This document shows positions 27,163 through 40,103 of a stretch of DNA of 64,000 nucleotides, piece after piece. The position numbers were made by a program, and so were the translations under genes. The stretch spans positions 36,704,001 to 36,768,000 of the forward strand of contig OX597836.1 of assembly GCA_951406725.2 (NCBI GenBank), in the 5' to 3' direction. This DNA comes from Octopus vulgaris (Eukaryota). The notes below the pieces were generated by a model, which was not told the DNA's origin, did no database searches, and saw nothing but the letters and a program-made list of their open reading frames with translations. Numbering within the stretch: the stretch's first letter is position 1; the number at the start of each line of letters is the position of its first letter.

Positions 27163-28365
27163 CATATATGTATGTATACGTATGTATATATGTATATATA
27201 TATATAAATATATGTGTGTGTGTGTTTGATGGTACCTAGGTTATGAAGGACACTATCTTGTTTTGTTCATCCTTGTTTATATTCTAAGAAGCAGGACTTG
27301 TACGTATGTATGTACTTAAGTATATATATTTTTAAGTATGTATATTTATATATTTAAGTGTCTATGTATAGGAGTTCCGATGCCCAAACACTTAATATAC
27401 TATGGCAAATCGAGCGCAGAATAAAGTGTAAAAAGCGTCTAACACTTTACACTGCTAAAATTGAAAGAAAGAGCGATATGATCAAATATTTGAAAAAATA
27501 AATGGTTACAATGTGTCTTGGTAAAAAAGAAAATTTGTTGAACTGCAGAAGTTTTCTGAAGAGATATGAAAAAGTGTGTAGTGTGAATGAATTTAGCTAA
27601 AGAAACTTAGGGAGAATAGTTAATATAAATTTCTGTAAAATATGTTACCCATATGCACTTGTATGTTTTATGATATTTACTGTATGTAAGTACATAGAAG
27701 TCAGCAAAATCATAAGTGCAACTAGATATGAAGAGACCAGAGAGAGAGAGAGAGAGAGCAGGTAACACAACAAATTTTAACTTGTCAGATCTCTACCCCT
27801 GCTGTTAACTTAACCCACCACCTGGGTCTTCGAGCAAAACGAAATTAAATAGTTTTGTTTACTGCTCAAGTGTAACGATTACAGGCAAACTAATGGACAG
27901 AATCTGATGCATTTTTTTCTTTCTACATGTGTTTTTCTGTACTGCTTTACCGGGAATGCGGCAGCGATGAGGTTTAACGTATTCTTGCTGTAGCGGGAAG
28001 ACGGCGTGCTGGGCGAAGAGACATGAACAGAGAAGATAGTCAATAGTTTGAGATACAAATGCTGTGAAAAGCATGTTACGAGGCGTTGATTTAAAAGAAA
28101 GTATACCGACCGTGAAGGAAAAGATGTGTGTACAGATTTTATTACATGATTTCTCTGCGGGGATTGAAAGATCTTGATGAGAGTAGCTTCTAGAAATCGT
28201 AGGCAGAATATTTGGGCAATTGTGGAGAACACATATAATGATTACGATCGTAGAAAAAAAGTGTAACCGAATTCATGGGAAGAATAAAATACAGATGAAA
28301 ATTATGCAGATGTACTTAGTTTCGCAGAAACGCAGTGAGATATACTTTAAAACTGCAGACGTGCA

Positions 28366-28408
<43 letters not shown>

Positions 28409-28636
28409 CTCTCCCTCTTGCACATACACACACAAGCACCAAAACATACACAAACATAAATATATATGTATGTATTTATATATGTACGTATATAAGTATT
28501 CTTTTGAGGATATGGTCATACATACGCATACATGTGTGAGTGTGTGTGCTGGCGTGCTGTTGATTCCCTGCATTCAGGTTTTCTGCTCCAGCCTGACCGC
28601 AGCTGCATAGCTGAAACGAACAAACAAACAAAAAAT

Positions 28637-28840
28637 ATTGGTTTCAAATTTTACCACAAGGGCAGCGATTTCGAAGTTCCGATCCTCAATTGCATTAGCC
28701 CCAATGCTCAACTGGTGCTTATTCTATCGACCGTGGGAGGATAAAAGGCAAAGTCGAAACCCAGTGGAATTTGAACTCAGAATATAGAGGGACGAAATAC
28801 TGTTAAGCCTTTTACTCGGCGTGCTAACGATTGTACCAGT
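28637..28840 (-). mobile_element. SINE group C variant
   Basis: aaaggcaaagtcga..ggaatttgaactcagaa..cggcgtgctaacgatt. Confidence 0.75.
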
Positions 28841-30049
28841 TTAATAAAGTAAGTACTCTTCAAATTCTAACGTACGGAAATTAACAAACGTGGCTATAGA
28901 CTTTCTAATCGATGGTTTTTTTTCTTCTTAACCATCCACAAGTAGAAGTGATATTCTTAATTAAGGCGGTTTGTAGAATGCGAAAGTAAATTTTGATTTA
29001 TGCTTGCAAGAATGAACTCCGACTTAATTATTCAGTAAGGTCAATATTACTGCCAACTTATCCAAAGGGTAAAGATTCTATGAAGGTTTAGCCCTTCGTA
29101 GCCTTGGGAGGAAGAAGTAATTTTGAATATGTGGTCGATGCACCCAATATTCAACTAAACATATTTCGATCAAATGGTCATGAAGAAATGTCTGCATTGT
29201 TACAGTAATTGTAAATGTTGCTAAATTCTCATCACTGAAGAACCCTTGTAATTTGCTCTTGCTGTGCAAATCTATCGAATCTACAATCTCTTGTTTTACA
29301 TGATGGAATCTTGCAGCCAGATCAATGTTTAATTAACGTTAATTATTGTTACTAGATTTCGATCCCCTTCGATTCACCTTAAAACTATTTTAAGCCTATT
29401 TTGCTTTATATTTGCTTTACTTGTTTTATGTATTGATTTTCCAATAAATACTAAATTTAAATTAGGTTTCTTTTACCACACTAAAAATTTCATACTTTTT
29501 CAGAATTCCATGAAGTTATATTATTGTTTATTAAATTTGTTTGCATCAATTGTGATCTCCAACAGAGTTTTGAAACCAACGTCGTTATATTTCGGAAGAG
29601 GTATTTTAATAAATCAAATAAAAGTATTCGCTGTTGTTTTTTCACCTATAATTTATATTTCCTCGCAACGGTTTTTGTCCATTACTATTCCTTAATTTTT
29701 CAAATACATTTTTCGCGGCAGTAAAATATTTAGCACATATTTCATTACGCGTTTTGCGGCATTTTGCGAGAGTCATTATGACAATAATAAACACAGGCAC
29801 TGGTTCAATTTTTATTCGTCCCACAGAGAAGCAATCAATCAGTTTTTTGTATTCCTTTTCTATTTGGACCCAAATACTTTCGTTGCCTTTCGCGAACTCA
29901 TCAATGGCATACACATTCTTCTGTTCGTAACCTATTTTTCTAGCACATATATCGAATTATGCATTTATTATTATTCACTTTTATCAGTTATTGAACTACG
30001 GCCCCGCTGGGATACTGATTTGAAGGGGTTTAGTCGAACAAACTAAACT

Positions 30050-30872
30050 CGTTCAATATTTAAGAGATGAGGAGTTATGTACATTCTTATATTATTTACA
30101 GTTGACGGATATTCAGGAAATCCCTATACCGCAAGTTGACCTTCACTGGACGACACCTCAACTTCAACTTCCACCAACCATACAGTGTAAAGGCGTAAAG
30201 AGAGGGACTGCTCAGTGCCTAAAACATCGAGCAATGAATATAATTAGCGATCGTGATACACACCACGAAGAAATGATCATGATCCACAGTCTGTCTACCC
30301 TATTCACCACCAACACCACCACCACTATCACCACCAAAAATACCAAAACTGTGCGGCCCATATGACATCAGGACAGTATTCAAAAGTAATACAACACTTC
30401 GCAAATTTCTCATTCGAGTAAAACCACAAATGGAAGAGAATATGACCAAAAGACTGCGTGTAGTCCATCCCATGCTGCTGTGGTAGGTTATACAAAGGTG
30501 AAGCATTCCGCCTCCTCAAAATAAGGGTAGACGAACATCGCAAAGCTGTGACACGGGGAGATATTGATAAATTGGGTATAGCTGATCATGTAAGAAAATA
30601 TAGAGACCACATCCCGCTGTGGGATGAAGTTAAAATAATAGACAGAGAGCACCACTAAAAGAAGCAGCACATATGCTAGGACACAACAACCATTTAAGCA
30701 GACCGGGTGCAGATATGAACAGCATATGGGAAATGGTATTAAGGAAGGGTAGGAGAATATTAGATTTATAAACCCTAAAATTCACTCCATAATTGCCCAC
30801 TGACATATGGCGTAGTGGTTAAGTCCGCGGGCTACTAACCCCAAGATTCCGCATACGATTCCAGGCAGAGAA

Positions 30873-30937
<65 letters not shown>

Positions 30938-31062
30938 TAACAGCAACAACAACATCGAAAAATACCTGATGACGGCCGGAGGGTATATCAGCCGAAACGT
31001 TGTGTTAACAACAAACAAGATGAGGACAAATATCCGTCAAATGTGAATAATGTAAATAATGT
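30050..31062 (+). mobile_element. 5'-truncated Penelope-like element (RT end, GIY-YIG, pLTR) with a short inverted pLTR copy at its left end
   Basis: YRKLTFTGRHLNF..KRGTAQCLKHRA; TKDCV*SIPCCCGRLYKGEAFRLLKIRVDEHRKAV; 30075-30112 is the inverse of 31030-31062. Confidence 0.88.
30961..31006 (+). ncRNA. Minimal hammerhead ribozyme in the PLE pLTR
   Basis: aatac-CTGATGA-c-ggc..gcc-GAAA-cg-TT-gtgtt; homolog on - strand at ~59893-59938. Confidence 0.65.
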
Positions 31063-31245
31063 GAGCTAAACTCGCAACTTAGTTATTCCATGGGGATCAT
31101 TTCACGAAGTGCTAGGTTATGAAGATGTAAACCTATACCAGAGGCTCAGTGGAGTGAAGGAGAGACAAAGACACACACACAGAGTTGAGTTGGTGCCTTC
31201 TAGTATCTCAAAATTCAATATACAATCATTCATGATTGTTTGTAT

Positions 31246-31337
31246 CCTGCGCTGATGAGAGAAGAAGTTTGGGTAAGGTAGAATTATCTAATTCTTATGC
31301 TTTCCTAAGACTTGATTTCGAAACGTACGTCCGTAGG
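31246..31337 (+). ncRNA. Type-I hammerhead ribozyme with long stem II
   Basis: stem I cctgcg/cgtagg; CTGATGA; imperfect long stem II (aagttt..agactt, agaatta/taattct); GAAA-cgtacg-TC. Confidence 0.8.
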
Positions 31338-31523
31338 TGACTTAAAACCGTATGATAGATTGCCGTCAATTCATTCTCTCTTACCTGTTTGTGTTTGCCT
31401 TTCAAATGCTGTGTTTTTACTGAGATCTCCTTTTAGTAGAAGAAATAGCTATAATCTCTTTGACTGCTATTTCTAAATTCGGTGTGCGGTAAGGCAATTC
31501 GTTGCTAAACCCTTAATTGCTTA

Positions 31524-31568
<45 letters not shown>

Positions 31569-31645
31569 GAATACGAGACATTTAATGGAGATAAGGCTCT
31601 AGTATATAGTACAGCTGTTTTTTCACTCGTATATGAGCCAAAGAT

Positions 31646-32099
31646 TCATAAAATTTCGTATAAGATAAAAATCCCGGATATTAGTCTTATACATTCAGAC
31701 AAGCAAATTCAAAATTCGGATGTTTGACATGAGATATTATTAAATAACCACATACTTATATTAAGACATAGATGATAAAGATATAGTAATATAAGAATAT
31801 ATACATAAAAACTGTAAGGAATACGATGAAAGTAGAAAATATAGTTAGTATAGATCAAAGGATGAAACGGCCGTAGATTTGGACTGATCTTTGCAATCGC
31901 CTCCTTTTATCTATTCTACTTACTATTCTACTTTTATGTTTATATTCTTATATCTCTATATTTTTATCATCTATGTTTGAATATGAATATGTGGTTATTT
32001 GAATGAAATAATATCTCATGTCATACATCTGAATTATGAATTTCGTGGCTGAATGTTTAAAATTATATCCGAAATTATAATCTTTTACCAAATTTTATA
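31646..32099. repeat. Diverged ~190-bp inverted repeat (fold-back)
   Basis: tgacatgagatattat..aaataaccacata..catagatgataaa..tataagaatata vs tatattcttata..tttatcatctatg..tatgtggttattt..ataatatctcatgtca. Confidence 0.8.
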
Positions 32100-32409
32100 T
32101 ATATATATTACAAATAAGAAAATGGAATATGTATGCTATTGAGGTTCTCATTTTGTTAAATGAATAAATAGTCCAAAATTATAATATCGAAAGTTGATGA
32201 ACAAACTAAATTTGTTTCTCCATTTCTTATTTGTATTATAAATTTACGGTAAAAATATGTCTTTACCTTCATCCGTTTAATACATTAAATGAGTTAATTG
32301 CATTGCAATTAAAAGCAGTTATGTATTAAGAATCTGGGTACTTTACCAACAGTATATTGTAAAAATGCTATCCCATAGTGGGTTACACCCATAACCCCTA
32401 TTTTACTTT

Positions 32410-32498
<89 letters not shown>

Positions 32499-32500
32499 AA

Positions 32501-32538
32501 CTGTCTGATGAACGGCAACGAGAAACTCAGAGTAACAG
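32501..32538 (+). ncRNA. Minimal hammerhead ribozyme in a ~70-bp module between (TA)n tracts
   Basis: ctgt-CTGATGA-a-cg-gcaa-cg-a-GAAA-ctcagag-TA-acag; stem I ctgt/acag. Confidence 0.7.
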
Positions 32539-32571
32539 ATTTTGTTGAATTTTCTGCTGCTTAAAATAAAG

Positions 32572-32608
<37 letters not shown>

Positions 32609-32667
32609 AAAAAATGAAGTTCGAAAATGCTGCTATATTATACAATTTTTAATTTTTATATATACAT

Positions 32668-32708
32668 TATAACATGTTTCAGTTCCTGAAATGAACCTTA
32701 TCAAAAAA
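32668..32708 (-). ncRNA. Degenerate minimal hammerhead motif
   Basis: reverse complement TTGATAA-ggttc-atttcag-gaact-GAAA-catg-TT. Confidence 0.4.
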
Positions 32709-33039
32709 CGTTATATATAAAAAAAGATAGTTCATGCTATCAAATATAAGAAATTCATTTATAATACACAATGGAGTCAGACATCATACAGTTCATATTT
32801 AGTTTGAAGTGAGTTCGTTCATGCTATATGTTTAAAGTGTATGATGCAGTGGTTCGTGGTGGTGATATATAAAAAATAGATCAAAGTGGTGGAATGCAGT
32901 CAATATAAAAAATTGATGTTCCTGAAAGAGCGAGGAATTCATTTTTACCTTGAGCAACTGTGATGACCAATGGTGGGTGTTCGCTATGAAAAAACAAGTA
33001 AAGATAGAAAATGCTAAAATAATTTTATAAAGAATATTT

Positions 33040-33077
33040 CAGTACTGGTTTCGGTCATTTTGAGACCTTTTCAACTG
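33040..33077 (-). ncRNA. Degenerate minimal hammerhead motif
   Basis: reverse complement cag-TTGAAAA-ggtc-tcaaaat-gacc-GAAA-ccag-TA-ctg. Confidence 0.45.
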
Positions 33078-33263
33078 TAACGATTAAATAATTAAATTTA
33101 GAAAAGTTAAAAGAAATGTTTTTTTAAAGAAATATTTGTATAGTGTTCAAATATAAGTGGCATTTTCCTTGATTCTGCCTTTCTCTGTCACTCTTGTTTG
33201 CACTTGTGTGTTCGAGGTCGTTGTGGAGGTCGTTGTATATATATATATATACATATATATATA

Positions 33264-33313
<50 letters not shown>

Positions 33314-34212
33314 TATACATACATGTTGAACCTTCATACATTGATCTACTAATTTAATCCACAAGGCGTTGGTCAACTAGGTAACATGCAGTAGGACTGA
33401 ATCCGAAACCACTTAGTTTTAAAGCGTGCTTCGTAACCTCGCAACTATGCCTGTGCTTACATCAACAGGTTTTTGCCATTATACCCTTCTCTATCACTGA
33501 ATTTTCGGTTTAATCGACCATTCCCAATTTACCCTTTATCGAATTCTTAATCGTATACTTGCGTGTGTTTTAATACATGCCAGTCAACCAATCACACATT
33601 CGAGATTTTTTTTAGTTATTGATTGTCGATGCATCCCTATAAATAAAGCACATGAATAGTTTAACATACGCTGATTTTCATAAGTGTGCATGCATGTATG
33701 TTTCTATGTGTTCGTATATAGCTGTGCATGCAGAAAAGAAACTAAATCTTAATAGACTGAGAAGATATATATTCATATAAACATTTTATCGAGTTGTTTT
33801 ATTTTTCTTATTGCATGTATTTAGATAATCTAGAGAGTTGTCACGAATATTCTTTGCATATATTTTCCAGCGATTAATGGATTTTTTTCTAATGCTTTAA
33901 ATGCACTTTAAGGCCACATTCTACTATAAAACAGAAACGTTCAGAGGCAAAGTCCAAGAACGTGATTTACCATTCTGTAACCTCCGGCGACGATACAGCT
34001 TTGAACTAAATTATACCGAATTTTTTTTTATTTTGGTAAGCATTGAGCTCTCTACCTCTTTCTCTCACTCTCTCTCTCTCACCCTCTCTCTCTCTGTCTC
34101 TTACTCGCTCATTCGTTCAATCTTATTCTCTCCACACGCAGAGAAGCATAATTACGTGCTGGCGTGAGTCGTGTGCTTGCGTATGATTGTGTATGTGTGT
34201 AGGTGTATATTT

Positions 34213-34600
34213 GTGGAGGCGCAATGGCCCAGTGGTTAGGGCAGCGGACTCGCGGTCATAGGATCGCGGTTTCGATTCCCAGACCGGGCGTTGTGAGTGT
34301 TTATTGAGCGAAAACACCTAAAGCTCCACGAGGCTCCGGCAGGGGATGGTGGTGATCCCTGCTGTACTCTTTCACCACAACTTTCTCTCACTCCTACTTC
34401 CTCTTTCTGTAATGCCTGTATCTCAAAGGGCCGGCCTTGTCACTCTCTGTGTCACGCTGAATATCCCCGAGAACTGCGTTAAGGGTACACGTGTCTGTGG
34501 ACTGCTCAGCCACTTACACGTTAATTTCACGAGCAGGCTGTTCCGTTGATTCGGTTCAACCGGAACCCTCGTCGTCGTAACCGACGGAGTGCTTCCATCC
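34213..34600 (+). mobile_element. SINE group B, full length, 12-bp TSD
   Basis: A-box tggcccagtggtt, B-box-like ggtttcgattccc; TSD aggtgtatattt at 34201-34212 and 34601-34612. Confidence 0.92.
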
Positions 34601-34865
34601 AGGTGTATATTTATTTATATTTATTTAGGTGTGTGTGTGTGTTTTTTTGTTGCATGTATATGCTTATCGTTTTTAATCCGTCGTCGTTTCGTCGTTTACT
34701 ATAAAATAAATTTACTTAGAGTAAAATAAAATAAAAAATCCTAGAGACAACGAAAATTTGACAGATATACATAAGCTGAAAGTACAGATGCCTCGTGAAA
34801 GTAAGTATGTCTCTGTAAAAATACTATTATGCGACTCTAAACAACGTCAGTGTTTTTTCTCATTG

Positions 34866-34905
<40 letters not shown>

Positions 34906-35130
34906 GACACACAAACACACACGGACCACACACATTCACCCAAATACATATATACCTATAAATGTATATATGGGTATATATATATACCTTATTGTTATTA
35001 TTTTTAACTTCTTATAATCATCAATAATAATGACCTTTTTGACTAGTATTACTCTGAATGTATATATTTGTCACTACCTGTCATTTTATATCTACAATAT
35101 GCATTTTCGTTGATTTTTCATATTTTACCT

Positions 35131-35167
<37 letters not shown>

Positions 35168-35175
35168 CATACATC

Positions 35176-35284
<109 letters not shown>

Positions 35285-35304
35285 CCGCCGCTCTGGGCTG
35301 AAAC

Positions 35305-35344
<40 letters not shown>

Positions 35345-36036
35345 CATATAAATATATAAATATATTACATACATATACACAAAATACAAACATTTGCGTT
35401 TGTGTGTGTGTGCTTGAGTATGTGTGTGTATGCCTGTGTATATATATGTATTTGTGTGTGTGTTTGTGTGTCTGCGTGTGTATGTGTTTGTTTGTGTATG
35501 TGTGTCTATGTATGTGCGTGCGTATAATGGATTCCTGAAGAAGTAACTTAACGCAGTGATAAAGGTTATCTGTACTTTAAATCTTCGTATACACCTGACT
35601 TATATATCATTCTACTTATAAAAAAGTTTACAGTTGAGAACCGGAAGCGTTCACTGACACTTTTCAGTTACTCTGAGACTGCAGGGGAAAACGGAGGGAA
35701 GCAGGGGGGTGGGGTGGATAATTATAAAATTATGAGCGTCAACATTAGCAAGAAAATACACAGATCTAAATTCCTCCATGATGCAGGTGTTGTTATGAAA
35801 CCGGGTATGTATTATTTAGAGCATGAAATGTCGCTCCGACGAGCTGTCACAATGAAAGTTTTGGGTTATTTGATATTACGGAAGATATCAATAAACCAAG
35901 AAGATGAACACAGGAATCGTATCAGAAACCACAATGCTCTAAATTTAATATGAAATGTCTAATATTCAGAACATTCAAGCGCTACTTTTTTTATGTATCA
36001 TTGTCGATATACAGCATTCAAAACTGTATTTATATA

Positions 36037-36455
36037 AGGGCGGCGAAACGGCAGAATCGCTAGCACAGCGGGCGAAATACGTACCGGTATTTTGTCTACC
36101 GTTAAATTCTGAGTTCAAATTCCGCCGAGATCGACTTTGGCTTTCATCCTTTCAGGGTCGATTAAATAAGTACCAGTTACGCACTGGGGTCGATATAATA
36201 GACTTAATCCGTTTGTATGTCCTTGTATGTCCTCTCTGTGTTTAGCCCCTTTGGGTAGTAAAGGAATAGGTATTTTGTCTACCGTTAAATACTGAGTTCA
36301 AATTCCGCCGAGGTCGACTTTGCCTTTCATCCTTTCGGGATCGATTAAATAAGTACCAGTTACGCACTGGAGTCGATGTAATAGACTTAATCCCCTTGTC
36401 TCTACTTGTTTGTCCCCTCTATCTTTATCCTCCCTATTGGCATTAAAGAAATAAA
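36037..36455 (+). mobile_element. Dimeric SINE group C
   Basis: two gagttcaaattccgccgag..aagtaccagttacgcactgg bodies. Confidence 0.88.
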
Positions 36456-36980
36456 TATTGTATATAGTTTGGGTTGATATAATTTGTTTTAATGACAGTG
36501 AAAGCTACTTCGGTTACATTGAAGTTATAATATGTTACAAATCTTAAAATCTCGTGAGTATGGCATTATATAGACACATTTTCCTTGAACGTATGGCCAT
36601 TTTGCTCTTGTAGAAATACATTAGCCCAATTCTGCATTAAAATCCCGAGGCGGGAATGTTGTTGAAGGGCTGAATCAGCAAGAACATTAAGGGCAGTGTC
36701 TCGAATAAATTTCATTATTGTAAGGAATATATAATGACTTCAATTACTCTGTGTTGACGAACAAGTATTCCGAATGTCAGTCTTTCCAGTTTTTTATGGT
36801 AAATCAATGTATGCGATATTCTATAGGTTATTCTATTAAACATCTTTGATCTGTTACTTGTTTCACTCCTTGACCCACGGCCATGATGGAGCATCACAAT
36901 GAATGGTTTGGTCAGCAGTAACGTAGGACAATTACAAATACACAAACATATACATACATATACACAGATACACAGAGAAT

Positions 36981-37042
<62 letters not shown>

Positions 37043-37043
<1 letters not shown>

Positions 37044-37220
37044 TCTTTTATTCATTTACACGTTTCAGTAATTTGACTGCAGCCATGCTGGAGCACCGCC
37101 TTTGGTCGAACGAAATCAACCCAGAACTTATTCTTTGCAAGCCTAGTTCTTATTTAATCAGTTATTTTGCGGAACAGCTAAAGTATGGGGTACCTAAAGA
37201 CACCAACGTCTCTTGTCAAG
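37043..37220 (-). mobile_element. SINE group A, 3' fragment
   Basis: gactgcagccatgctggagcaccgcc. Confidence 0.8.
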
Positions 37221-37229
37221 TGGTACATA

Positions 37230-37265
<36 letters not shown>

Positions 37266-37335
37266 TTTATATATGTAAATATATATATATATATATTTGC
37301 ACAACAAATATTTAAACGTATATATATATATATAT

Positions 37336-39322
37336 ACGAGAAAAAGAAGCTACAAGAATGGATTAGTTTTTAGTACAGTTGTCTCATACAAAGACAGGCT
37401 TTATTAAAAGTTGCAAATATTGCAGCAGATAAAAGTGTCCCGTACTCATCACCTAAAATACATATGAGTTCTCCAAACATCTTAGTGGGTGAGGCTACAC
37501 TCATGAAGAATTGGAGATAATTTCATCAAAAGCAGATTCAGGTTGTAAACTCATAAGTTTAATCCATCCATAGTGTAGGTGTAAATTTCCAGAGATATGA
37601 GGAGGTATTTCATACTCACAGACGATGAATTTATCCATGGTTAATCCACAATGAGGTGGGTATAATTTCATGCTATATTATAAGGTATTTGCCACATTAC
37701 TGTTCTCTTCACCAAACTGCTATGTTATGACTTCTAAAGGCTGAAGGAATTTTGTGGAGCAAAGAAAAGGGAGCAAAGAAAAGGAAAGGAAAGAGAAGAG
37801 AAGAAAAAAGAAAAGAAAGAAAAAAGAAAAAAGAAAAAAGAGAAGAAGAAAAAAGAAAATAAGAAAAAAGAAGAAAGAAGAAAGAAAAAAGAAAAGAAAA
37901 AGAAAAAATGCCCACATAGAGTATACTGTGACAACTGAGATGGGAAAGGGTCGCTGGTAACCCTCTACACAGAAAAAAGTCTCTTAAATATGGAGACGGT
38001 CAGGCTGGCTAAGAATTTGCATGAATCTAAGAACTATAAGGAGAATATTATTTTTGACCAGTAACCAGCTATTAATTGCCAACCTGACGTAGCTAAAGCA
38101 GATATGAGAATCTAAAGAGAGAACATGGTAAGGGATTGAGGGGTCAAAGGCTATCATTAAAGGAAAATACATTAAGAGAAAATAAGTGCAATACTAGAAA
38201 GAGGTCATTTAATTTAATCTATTTATTACTGTTACTGTATTATATTGTTGCTGTTACTATCTATACATTGACAGACTATAGGTTTATACTTAGAAGTCAG
38301 TTTACAAGGTGTGAGGGAATTGCTTATTATATTGAAATTTCTTATACTACTTTCAAGGGAGTAGCATTACTTATTAAATTTTGTAATAGAATTATAAAGT
38401 ATTATTAACTTATTTTATTTAAGTTGTGTTACCTAAATTAGATTAAAATTAGATTAAATTAAAAATTAAAATTTTAAATTAACTATTAAGTCAACTAAAA
38501 CTTCATTGAAGCAACTTAGAAGTACTATTTGTCTCTATGTGTTCAAAATCAGGAACAGTTATAAAGAAAGAGATAACCATAGTGTAACAGTTCGCAGATA
38601 TCTATTTAAAAAATATATTAAAGTTATGCTTTACTAGTAAAAAGCCAGCTAGATCTATCTATCTATCTCCTTTCGATTATTCTATACGGTTATTCATTTA
38701 AAATAATTTAGAGTTTTCAATTATGCGTGAACACAAAATTGACCTAATTCTATATGGTTATTTAACAAACTCTTATTTTTTCTATATATTAGAATTTCAT
38801 ACGTCTCCATGGAGCAGAGTTGGCAACCAACCCTATTATTTTTATACGGCATTGCTCTTCTAACTATTTCCCAATTAAGGTTATAATTACTATTATTATT
38901 TTTGAGTTCCCAGAAATTTTGAGTTCTCTGTGAAACTAATAAGCTTTTTTAAAACCTGTGATAAGACTGTGCATCATCATTAAAGAACTTTGGAAGTCTG
39001 TTTACAACCTGAATCTGCTTTTAATGAAATTATCTCCAATTCTTCATGAGTGTAGCCTCACCCACTAAGATGTTTGGAGAACTCATATGTATTTTAGCTG
39101 GTGAGTACGGGACACTTTTATCTGCTGCAATATTTGCAACTTTTAATAAAGCCTGTCTTTGTATGAAACAATTGTACTAAAAACTAATCCATTCTTGTTG
39201 CTTCTTTTTCTCGTTTATAATCACCCCACACTACTGTATTGGTTAACACCACATAGTTTTCTGGTGCAACTAAGTTAAGTACCATATTCAAGTGAATTCA
39301 TTAGAATTGACTTGAATCTTAA
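37336..39322. mobile_element. PLE remnant with inverted pLTRs (37336-37550 and 39000-39214), each carrying a mutated hammerhead
   Basis: arms reverse-complementary and homologous to the 12629 element; right core ttttag-CTGGTGA..GAAA-caattg-TA-ctaaaa (39092-39182); purine tract 37757-37908 inside. Confidence 0.8.
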
Positions 39323-39349
39323 TTGTTTATATATATATATATATATATA

Positions 39350-39472
39350 CGAAGGGCTTCTTTTAGTAGTTTCCGTCTACAAAATACACTCACAAGGCTT
39401 TGGTCGGCCCGAGGTTATTATAGAAGACATTTGCCCAAGGTGCCACACTGTGGGACTGAACCTGGAGCCATA
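39350..39472 (-). mobile_element. SINE group A fragment
   Basis: cactcacaaggctttggtcggcccgagg..ttgcccaaggtgccac. Confidence 0.8.
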
Positions 39473-39910
39473 AGTGTGGACGGCATTTTCTTTGCTCCTT
39501 CGCTGTCCTCAAAAATAGCGTTCGTAATACTTTTTTTCGTTCGGCTTAACAGCCTTTCTTGTCTTGTTATTCTCCTTAACCTGTCTTTTACTATTTATAT
39601 TTTGTACTGTCGTTACTGTCCTGTTTTTGTTACCATTTTTACCCCTCTGCAAAAAGATCTCAAATTTTATTTGATTTGCTTTTCGCAGGAAGGAGAGTTT
39701 CTATCGAAGATGCGTATCGCCTTCACCTTCGAAACGCAGAGTAGATGAAACAATGGCGACTGAAGAAGGGGAATTTTCCTTGTGTTATTTGTCCTGTACT
39801 CTATTTTTTTGTTGTTTAAGAAAAATGTCCAGTTCCTTGTTTTTGTGTTTATGTTTTCGTTCGTCATTGTGTTCGGCGTTTTTTTCGTGTCCTGTAACCT
39901 TATATGCGTG
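39472..39910 (+). repeat. Unclassified repeat; 3' part recurs at 62993-63140
   Basis: ttgtttaagaaaaatgtcca.ttccttg..tttgtgtttatgttttcg shared. Confidence 0.6.
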
Positions 39911-40044
39911 TATATATACATGTAGATGTAGGTACGTACATATATGTATATATATATGCACATGTTTTATTTATTAATATATTATATGACGGAACGCACG
40001 CATCCATTTCTAAGTAAGATTGTTCTTCTCTCTCTATATATATA

Positions 40045-40103
<59 letters not shown>

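Noticed and set aside
34213-34290. Functional tRNA gene
   Set aside because: It continues into a SINE body and is enclosed by a TSD.
37709-37960. Lys/Arg-rich and Phe-rich ORFs
   Set aside because: Translation of a (GAAAA)n purine tract.
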